IMG/VR virus record: IMGVR_UViG_3300048897_000119
Location: 1-41,157 of that record
From: a virus
Lineage: Duplodnaviria > Caudoviricetes
Length of the DNA stretch: 41,157 bases
Direction: 5' to 3' (one strand)
Shown: piece after piece, positions 34,058-41,157 of the stretch
How the letters are laid out: every line of letters starts with the position of its first letter
Position numbering within the stretch: the stretch's first letter is position 1
Program-made: the position numbers and the translations under genes
Notes under the pieces: model-generated
Told to the model about the DNA's origin: nothing
Databases searched by the model: none
Seen by the model: the letters and a program-made list of their open reading frames with translations, nothing else

Positions 34058-36052
34058 TTCGTGGCGCTGCTGATCTTTTACAGCTCCGCGTTTGGTCAGG
34101 GCACACCTGGAACGGTCCGGTTTCCTGGCAACCTTGATACCCCTGACTCGCTGTTCCGGATCAAAGACACGCCACGAGCGCGTCTGACGAGTTCGATCAC
34201 CAGCTCGAGCACGACCATCAACGTCGACTCGACTTCGTCGTTTGATATCAGCGGCTCGATCAAGCTGGACGACGAAGTAGTCTTTTACACCTCCAAGACC
34301 ACTACTCAATTCCAGGGGCTGACGCGCGGTGCTGCCGGCACCACGGCCGTCTCTCATGCTTCAGGCATTGTCGTGCGCGCCCCAATTCTCGCGGTCCATC
34401 ACAACACGTTGGCAGCAGCGATTCTCGCCACGCAGACAAAAGTAGGCAGTGGTTCATCCGCGCCAGTTAATGGCGCTGTTTTCATGGGTATCGGAGCCGG
34501 TAGTTCAGCATGGGTTTCACAGCCGGTGATTGACTGCACCAACTGCATTAACGTTCCTGGAGGCGGCGGTGGCGGCCCTGGTGATGTGACTGGACCGTCA
34601 GCTTCAGCAGACGGCGAACTGGTCCTGTTCGGGGCCTCCACTGGAAAGCAAATAAAGCGCTCGAATGGACTAAACGGCTACGTAAAGGTTGCCGGCGGCA
34701 TTGTTGCGGCATTGCCTATTCCGGAAAGCGATCTGCCCTCGGCAATCAACGCCGCGAAGATTGCAGACGGTTCAGTATCGAATGCGGAGTTTCAATTTCT
34801 CGGCAACGTTACTTCAGACCTTCAGGTTCAACTGAACAATAAAGTCGGCACGGCGCGCGTGGTAAACACCAACTCGCCACTGACTGGCGGCGGCGGCCTG
34901 AACGCGGACCTCACGCTCAATTGTCCTACCTGCCTGACAACCGGCAGCACTTCGGTGCTTGATGGATCAATTGCTTACTGTGCCGATGCAGGTTCGACTG
35001 ACACATACTCTTGTTCGCTATCTTCGTCAGTGACCTCTTTAGTCGTCGGTGGCCACTACCGATTTAAAGCCAACACAGCGAACACCGGTGTAGCGACGAT
35101 CAACTTCAGCTCCTTCGGCGCGAAGACAATTAAAAAGCGTCACGATCTGGATCTGGCCGACAACGATATCGAAGCGAGCCAGATCGTCGACGTCGTTTAC
35201 GACGGCACATTCATGCAAATGCAGTCGCAACTGGCCACGTTACCAGCAGGCAGTGGCGACATGTTGCTTGGGACTGCGCAGACCGTAACGGCAGCCAAGA
35301 ACTTTAATGACGGCACTCTTGTAGTCAACGGTGGCGACTACGGCGCTACTGACAGCTCGCTGCCAAGCGGTGTTGAGAAGGCGTTTTTCCTTAACACAAA
35401 TGTGGGTAGCCGCCGACTCTTTATTTACAACAACGGCCAGTTCCGCGCTCTGCTTCAAGCTGGCATCGATCTGGTGTCACCAGCGAACGGGGGGACGGGC
35501 GATGACACAAGCGCCACGACTGGCCTGCCTCGAGTTGCGAGCGGCAACTGGACCTACGACGGAGCCGCGTCGATCAGCGACACCAACACCGGAACTGAAA
35601 CGAATAAGGCAGTCACTCCAGATGCGTTAGCTGGCTCAAACTTCGGCACGCGTACCGCGCAGCTCGTCGTCTTCGATTTCACTGTCGATACGGCAACTGG
35701 TGACGGGAAGTACTACTTCGTGATTCCTGCCGAACTTAACGGCATGAATCTCGTCGCGGTCTCGGCTCAGGTTGTAACTGCCGGCACGACGAACACACTT
35801 AACGTTGACCTCGCGCGTTGTGCGGCAGTGGCCACAGGCAATATGTGCTCCGGCACTGTTGTCGACATGCTTTCCACAAACCTCACGATCGATTCCGGTG
35901 AAAACAAATCTTCCACTGCGGCAACTGCAGCAGTGATTGACACCAGCAACGACGATGTGGCCACAGACCAAGTAATTCGCGTCGACGTGGATGCGGTGCA
36001 CACGACCGCGGCCAAGGGACTAATTGTCACGCTTAGCTTCAGACTGCCATGA
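34004..36052 (+). CDS. tail-fibre-like modular protein with N-terminal signal peptide
   Basis: AAGGAG RBS supports ATG 34004; hydrophobic N-terminus ending SAFG|Q; fibre-type motifs (TRGAAGTTAVSH, GDVTGP, FKANTANTG..TIN, TNKAVTPDAL). Confidence 0.75.
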   Translation: MRALLILRALLPLRALLPFVALLIFYSSAFGQGTPGTVRFPGNLDTPDSLFRIKDTPRARLTSSITSSSTTINVDSTSSFDISGSIKLDDEVVFYTSKTTTQFQGLTRGAAGTTAVSHASGIVVRAPILAVHHNTLAAAILATQTKVGSGSSAPVNGAVFMGIGAGSSAWVSQPVIDCTNCINVPGGGGGGPGDVTGPSASADGELVLFGASTGKQIKRSNGLNGYVKVAGGIVAALPIPESDLPSAINAAKIADGSVSNAEFQFLGNVTSDLQVQLNNKVGTARVVNTNSPLTGGGGLNADLTLNCPTCLTTGSTSVLDGSIAYCADAGSTDTYSCSLSSSVTSLVVGGHYRFKANTANTGVATINFSSFGAKTIKKRHDLDLADNDIEASQIVDVVYDGTFMQMQSQLATLPAGSGDMLLGTAQTVTAAKNFNDGTLVVNGGDYGATDSSLPSGVEKAFFLNTNVGSRRLFIYNNGQFRALLQAGIDLVSPANGGTGDDTSATTGLPRVASGNWTYDGAASISDTNTGTETNKAVTPDALAGSNFGTRTAQLVVFDFTVDTATGDGKYYFVIPAELNGMNLVAVSAQVVTAGTTNTLNVDLARCAAVATGNMCSGTVVDMLSTNLTIDSGENKSSTAATAAVIDTSNDDVATDQVIRVDVDAVHTTAAKGLIVTLSFRLP

Positions 36053-36741
36053 AAAAACTGACTGCACTGCTAATTCTGCTCGCCATCCTGTGTCTGATCG
36101 TTCCGACGCCAGGTCAGGACATCATTGTCCCGAAGCGCAGGCCAGCTGCAGGCGGTGGGGCACCCGCTAACTTTGTAAATGACACGTTCACGGAGACCAC
36201 GGATACGGCGTATGGCTCTCACACTCCGGAACTCGGTGGTCCAGTGACGCTGCATCCCGCTTACAGCGCTGCCGCCACAGTTGATGCAACATCAGACCGC
36301 GTCTACCCAACCGGCACAACCGCTTACTTCTATAACGCTACGCCAACGAGCGCCGACCAGTGTGTTCACGTCGACTTTTACGCGGCTTCCATTATTTCAG
36401 TGAACATCAGCATCGGGCTGCGGATGAGCACGACCAGCGACGACATGTATCTGTTCCAGCTTAACAACGGGACACAGTGGAGATGGATTGAAAGACTTAG
36501 CGGTGCAAATGGTGTCTTGGGAGCGGTCTCAACGTCGAATCTCCCGAGCGTTGGCGGCTTCACCACAGTCGAGGCGTGTGTGACCGGCTCGAACTTGACC
36601 GTGTCATTCAACGGCGTGCATGACACTTCGATGGACCGCTCCAGCACAGCGATAACGGCAGCCGGCAGAGTTGGCTGGCGGGCTTCGGGCGCAGCTTCTG
36701 CCACTACCGGCTTTCACTTAGACAACTTTTCCGCGAGGTAA
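36049..36741 (+). CDS. secreted beta-rich protein, possibly a lectin-like beta-sandwich
   Basis: Signal MKKLTALLILLAILCLIVPTPG|Q; DTFT...; GRVGW...DNFSA C-terminus. Confidence 0.7.
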   Translation: MKKLTALLILLAILCLIVPTPGQDIIVPKRRPAAGGGAPANFVNDTFTETTDTAYGSHTPELGGPVTLHPAYSAAATVDATSDRVYPTGTTAYFYNATPTSADQCVHVDFYAASIISVNISIGLRMSTTSDDMYLFQLNNGTQWRWIERLSGANGVLGAVSTSNLPSVGGFTTVEACVTGSNLTVSFNGVHDTSMDRSSTAITAAGRVGWRASGAASATTGFHLDNFSAR

Positions 36742-36743
36742 GA

Positions 36744-39335
36744 ATGATTAAGCGATTCCTTCTCACAACCCTGCTGCTGCTGCTCTGGACCACCGCGCAC
36801 GCGCAGAGCACTGTCACCTTCAAAACCGCCAACCTCCAGCACGGCATGGGCACCGATGGTGTAACAAACTACGGCCGGCAGATCACCAAGTTGATGGAGG
36901 ACAAACCGGACATCATCTTTGTGCAGGAGAGAACGACCGGCGATACAGGCTGGGACTCTCCCATGTCGAGTGCGGGTCTAGCTGAGGCGGTCTATCGAGA
37001 GAATGCGCCAGCACCCGATCAGGGCGATGGACCAGCCATTTGGTATAAATCCTCGAAAGTTACCAAGCTGCAAACGTGGTCTCACGATCTCAACACCGGC
37101 ACAAATCCGAGCTGTGGTACGGCGAATCTCGGCAACGACTGCTCGACACGAGTGACGAAGGCCGCCGTCGCAGCGAAGTTCCAATACGGCCGGTTTCGTT
37201 TTTACGTCGTCAACACGCACCTGTGCTGGTCGCTTTGCAACAACAGCACGAGCACTACCCTAAGCGTTCAGCGGGAAAACCAGATCGCCGATTTGCTTTC
37301 GTGGACAGTCACTATTACAGGCGGCGATCCAAACGTGGTGTTCGGCGGCGATTTTAACCTCGCACCTGACTCACCAAAGATCGGCGGCGGCTTTCAAAAA
37401 GACTACTTCACCGCGGCCGGCTACACCGATATGTGGAGCGCGGGAGTCAGCGCCGGCAGAGCCACAACTCCGTGGTTAGATCGCGACGCAAACGGAGTTG
37501 CTGATATGACCGTCAGCGACTCGGGGACAAATAACGTACAAACGCATGACAATCGTCGCATCGACTGGTTTTGGCTTAACACAGCCGCCACCGTTCTGAG
37601 ACTGAATACCATCAGCGTTCCCGACTCGCGCGCAACGTGCAGTGTAGCTTTGACAAGTAATCAGCCTTCGGGAAGTTCTGCTTTCAAAGAGTGTCCGAGC
37701 GTTTCGCAGTTGTGGGATATAACCAGCGATCAGGGTATTCGTGTCAGTGACCACAACTTCATTACCCTGACGCTCTCGCTGCCACCGCCCACGAGTTACA
37801 ACGTCCCGACGAACCGAACGGCTTTCCCCGAGCCCGCGCTGACTGGAGCGTTGGATTTAACTCAGCCTGGCCGAGGCGCCGGTTACACCTTTATCGACCC
37901 AACCTTTGGCACCACTATCACACGCTGCACTGACGAACACTTCTGGCCGGATGAGCCTGGCAAAAACCACATGCCGCCAGACACGGCCGAAGTGCGGTCA
38001 ATGTCCATCAACTCGACTAAGCTGTATGTAATGAACATCGAGGGCGGTGGCATCACGCCACTCGCCTGGAGCGGCTCGCCTAAGCAGTGCGTGCGCCTGG
38101 GTGACACCAGTATTGCGCGGGGCGGCATCACGTTGGTGGGTGCGATCACTGGCGGCTCTGCCCTCCCTTCGTGGTCCGGCAAGGATGATGACTATTTGTG
38201 GGGAACGAACGGCTACGAGTTGCGGCGCTTTGACTTCTCAGGCCTCACCAGTACTTCAACCAGTGTCCCATTCACTGCCGTAGCCAACTACGCGACCATC
38301 TACAACACCGTGACCGGCGGCACGCTGTCGGGCGGTGTTTGCAGTCTGGGCGTGTCCGGAGTGGCAGCGGCCAACGATTTCATCGTTACTGCAATTCAGG
38401 GCAATCAGGACGACTGGAAAAAGGCGGTTTGGTACAACACGGCCGACGGCAGCTATAAAGTGCTCGACAGCGGAGTCTCTCCAGTGCGATGGTGGTCCAG
38501 CACTACCAACAGTTGGACCAACTTCACCGGCACCACCGGCAATTGGGATATGCACAACGTCAAGATCACGAAGGAAGGGCGTTATGTGCTCATCACCGTT
38601 GCCAACACCGAGGATGACTTCGTAACGCCTGAATTCACTGGCACCGGTAACGGCTACTTTGCAGTTTGGGACACAACCAACAACACGCTCATCTTCACGA
38701 GCACGGCTTACGATGGAGGGCATCGCAGTGGCGGCGTCGGCTATCAGATCAATCAGTACGCCAATGGTAGCGATGCCAGCCAGTGGGTATTGCGGGACCT
38801 AACCAACAGCACCACCTACAACAGTCCATCGTTCCTTATTTCGCCGCTACTCAGCGACGCCAGCTCCGTGCCTCAGCACACAGCTCTTAACCCTGACTTC
38901 GACGAGCACTCCAGTTGGGAGACAGCGCGCGCCGAGGCGTTCTATCCGGCGTTCTCGTTGACGAGTCGCACTATAGCTGTTGATGGCTCGCATCCGTGGC
39001 GAGCCTGGGAGAACGAGGGTCTGGCTGTACGCACCGATGCCACAGGCAACAACTCGGTCTTTCGGTTCTTCCACACTCACTCGGCGCGGATCTTCCCGCC
39101 GCCGACGCCATACGACTACTACGGCTACTCGTTTGGGCAGATTTCTCCAGATGGCTTGTACGCGCCGTTCTCAAGCAACTGGAACTTCACCCTCACGTAC
39201 GCGACCGGCACCGATCCAAATACTGGTAACAATTGCGCTCCCAGCTGCAAGCGGATTGATACTTTTATTGCCAGCCTGCCGGCGACTGCTCCAACTGGCG
39301 TTTGCACCTGGCACACAAATCCTTCTTGCAACTAA
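36744..39335 (+). CDS. secreted EEP (exonuclease/endonuclease/phosphatase) domain protein with beta-rich C-terminal half
   Basis: Signal ending AHA|Q; TANL, DIIFVQE, VNTHL, GGDFN, RIDWFW and SDH motifs; later SPDG...FSSNW propeller-like segment. Confidence 0.82.
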   Translation: MIKRFLLTTLLLLLWTTAHAQSTVTFKTANLQHGMGTDGVTNYGRQITKLMEDKPDIIFVQERTTGDTGWDSPMSSAGLAEAVYRENAPAPDQGDGPAIWYKSSKVTKLQTWSHDLNTGTNPSCGTANLGNDCSTRVTKAAVAAKFQYGRFRFYVVNTHLCWSLCNNSTSTTLSVQRENQIADLLSWTVTITGGDPNVVFGGDFNLAPDSPKIGGGFQKDYFTAAGYTDMWSAGVSAGRATTPWLDRDANGVADMTVSDSGTNNVQTHDNRRIDWFWLNTAATVLRLNTISVPDSRATCSVALTSNQPSGSSAFKECPSVSQLWDITSDQGIRVSDHNFITLTLSLPPPTSYNVPTNRTAFPEPALTGALDLTQPGRGAGYTFIDPTFGTTITRCTDEHFWPDEPGKNHMPPDTAEVRSMSINSTKLYVMNIEGGGITPLAWSGSPKQCVRLGDTSIARGGITLVGAITGGSALPSWSGKDDDYLWGTNGYELRRFDFSGLTSTSTSVPFTAVANYATIYNTVTGGTLSGGVCSLGVSGVAAANDFIVTAIQGNQDDWKKAVWYNTADGSYKVLDSGVSPVRWWSSTTNSWTNFTGTTGNWDMHNVKITKEGRYVLITVANTEDDFVTPEFTGTGNGYFAVWDTTNNTLIFTSTAYDGGHRSGGVGYQINQYANGSDASQWVLRDLTNSTTYNSPSFLISPLLSDASSVPQHTALNPDFDEHSSWETARAEAFYPAFSLTSRTIAVDGSHPWRAWENEGLAVRTDATGNNSVFRFFHTHSARIFPPPTPYDYYGYSFGQISPDGLYAPFSSNWNFTLTYATGTDPNTGNNCAPSCKRIDTFIASLPATAPTGVCTWHTNPSCN

Positions 39336-39351
39336 CACCGGAGCTGATTAG

Positions 39352-41157
39352 ATGAAAAAAGTTTTCGTTCTTGGCGTTCAACCTGATCCTGATGGTCCAG
39401 TGTTTGGGCGCGTGATGGACCCGAATGACTTTCAGAAGTCACAGGACTTCGCCCATGAGCACATCAACCAGGTGGTTAGAGATCTTCTGGTCGCTGGTGC
39501 TGCCTCGGCACAGGCAGCCGGCTTCGCCGCGGCTCTCGCGGGAGGTTTGAACGTCAGCATTGATGTTGGCGCGGTGGTAGATGCGCTGGGAGAGAGTTAT
39601 GAGTCGCCGACTAACGCCACAGTGGTTGCGTTGAATGCAGCGAACCCGGCCCTTCCTCGGATCGATCTTATCTATGCAGCTCTCGAGATCGATACTCCTA
39701 CAGCTTCCGAGTTCCGGCCGTTTCGCAGATTGCGCACGCAGGCGGAGCTAGAAGCCGGAACTCCTGAGTTTCCGCCGGCCCAATTCAATCAGCCTACTGA
39801 GCTGCATACGCGCGCCACGATCGGCGTGAAAACGGGCGTCGCCAACGCTAATCCAGTAGCTCCTGCCGCCGGCGCCAACGAAGTTCCATTGTGGACCGTG
39901 CACGTAGCGGCCGCACAGGTGAATCTGGTCAACGGAGATCTCACTGACGTCAGAGTCAGGATGAAATCACTTTACCAGGCACTGCTTGATATCACCGTTT
40001 TGCAGGCACAGATGGCTGCGTTGGGCGAGACGGTCCAGGACATAGTCGGCGTCTTTATCCTTGAGGGTCCAGGCATCGATGTCGTCTACAACGACATCGC
40101 CAATCAGTTCACCGTGTCCCTGGAACCCGCGTTGAAGGCTTTGCTCGACAATGCAACGAACGCAAATAACATCAGCACACTCGTAAAGCGAGACGCGCAG
40201 GGAAACTTTGCCGCAGGAATAATGGATTTGAATGCAGGGCAAACGGTCCTTGGCGCGGGCACCGCGGCAACGCCAGGCGGTCTGCGATTAAGAGCGCCGA
40301 CGAATAACGTGACTGCGCTCTTGACCTTGATGTCGCAGGTTGAGGGAGGAACGAAGTTTGTTATCGCAGGAGATGTCAGTCAAAACAGCCCTGTCTTCCA
40401 GATCTATCACGGCCGAGGCCCTAATGAGTCTCTTCGAATGCAAATCGGTTCACTCGGAGAGATCGCCTTTGTGGGCAACGTATCGATTTTCCCCGCATCA
40501 GACCCACCGCGAGCTGGCGACCTCGCTATAAGCGGCAACCTGTCAAAAGCCTCGGGCACCTTTGAAATCGATCATCCGCTCGATCCCGCCAACAAGGACC
40601 TGCGCCACGCCTTCGCTGAGTCACCACGCTTTCTGCTGATTTATGACGGCGAAGCAACGCTTGCTGCTGGTCAGGCGGTCGTCGACATTGATCAGTCGTC
40701 CGGCATGAGCAACGGCACATTCGCTGCGCTCACCAGAAAAGCCAGAGTGTTTCTCCAAAACAAAGACGGCTTCACTCGAGTAAAACACAGCCCGATTGTG
40801 AACGGGCAATTCACCATAATCGCCGAGGACTCGAATTGTGAGGACACCGTTGCCTGGTCGGTGCAATGTGAGCGACAGGACGTCTACATTAGAAAGACCC
40901 CCATCTCCGACGATGACGGTAACTTGATAGTTGAAACCGACAAGCCTGAACCTGATCTCGGCCTTCTAAATCCGACAACTGTTCTTCTGCACGCTCAGCA
41001 ACCAGCACCTGATCGACAGGACACGGAAGTTGTTTGGCAGTTGGCGGGAACAAAGGGATTTCCGCGCCATGCTCACATGGGCGACCCGCAGTCCCTACCG
41101 ACTCGAGTGCGCACCTTCCATACTGTCGACATGAATGGGAATGAATTCGAAGACTGA
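39352..41157 (+). CDS. tail fibre protein
   Basis: N-terminal baseplate-attachment-like region (PRIDLIY, P......VPLW.V.V); TLVKRDAQGNFAAG; C-terminal LSKASGTFEIDHPLDP.NK.L.H.F.ESP domain; no signal peptide. Confidence 0.8.
   Translation: MKKVFVLGVQPDPDGPVFGRVMDPNDFQKSQDFAHEHINQVVRDLLVAGAASAQAAGFAAALAGGLNVSIDVGAVVDALGESYESPTNATVVALNAANPALPRIDLIYAALEIDTPTASEFRPFRRLRTQAELEAGTPEFPPAQFNQPTELHTRATIGVKTGVANANPVAPAAGANEVPLWTVHVAAAQVNLVNGDLTDVRVRMKSLYQALLDITVLQAQMAALGETVQDIVGVFILEGPGIDVVYNDIANQFTVSLEPALKALLDNATNANNISTLVKRDAQGNFAAGIMDLNAGQTVLGAGTAATPGGLRLRAPTNNVTALLTLMSQVEGGTKFVIAGDVSQNSPVFQIYHGRGPNESLRMQIGSLGEIAFVGNVSIFPASDPPRAGDLAISGNLSKASGTFEIDHPLDPANKDLRHAFAESPRFLLIYDGEATLAAGQAVVDIDQSSGMSNGTFAALTRKARVFLQNKDGFTRVKHSPIVNGQFTIIAEDSNCEDTVAWSVQCERQDVYIRKTPISDDDGNLIVETDKPEPDLGLLNPTTVLLHAQQPAPDRQDTEVVWQLAGTKGFPRHAHMGDPQSLPTRVRTFHTVDMNGNEFED

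Larger units (their letters stand above)
1..41157 (+). mobile_element. Mu-like (pro)phage with contractile tail; ends and transposase/repressor module not in window
   Basis: Mu-type gene succession (GemA-like, lysin, gp26-like, TerS, TerL, portal, gpF, Com, protease I, capsid, gp36, gpG, gp37, sheath, tube, TMP, baseplate); tightly packed, co-oriented genes. Confidence 0.93.

Noticed and set aside
34004-41157. Diversity-generating retroelement or invertible tail-fibre cassette
   Set aside because: No reverse transcriptase, invertase, TR/VR pair or inverted fibre segment seen in the window; could lie beyond the right edge

Overview
This window is a near-complete Mu-like (pro)phage morphogenesis region with a contractile tail, almost entirely on the + strand. 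No transposase, integrase, repressor or phage end is visible. Gene order: small early/middle genes including a GemA/gp16-like protein (1-6829); lysis region with a goose-type lysozyme and an outer-membrane beta-barrel (7018-9120); gp26-like, TerS and TerL; an accessory insert between terL and portal (11797-14849); portal, gpF, Com-like Zn finger, protease, decoration protein, capsid, neck, sheath, tube, chaperone, tape measure, baseplate; then tail-fibre-like and signal-peptide-bearing genes. The host is probably a diderm, possibly Acidobacteriota (inference from recalled protein styles, not a search). Main findings: (1) the insert holds a TPR + C-terminal Fis-type HTH regulator divergent from a small secreted pro-peptide, with a palindromic operator between them and a small candidate effector gene downstream, suggesting an arbitrium/RRNPP-like peptide signalling system of unusual architecture. 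(2) Four copies of a sigma70-promoter / small hairpin / AGAGGCTC..GCAGCCC / terminator leader precede the lysis, portal, protease and baseplate-J genes, suggesting late control by antitermination, perhaps via the Com-like protein. (3) An A_AAA_AAG -1 frameshift site would fuse portal to gpF. (4) A +1 TTT_CGA site lies in an internally duplicated tail chaperone. (5) Three consecutive signal-peptide genes sit in the tail-fibre locus, one with an EEP nuclease/phosphatase domain. All functional calls come from reading motifs by eye; no database search was run.
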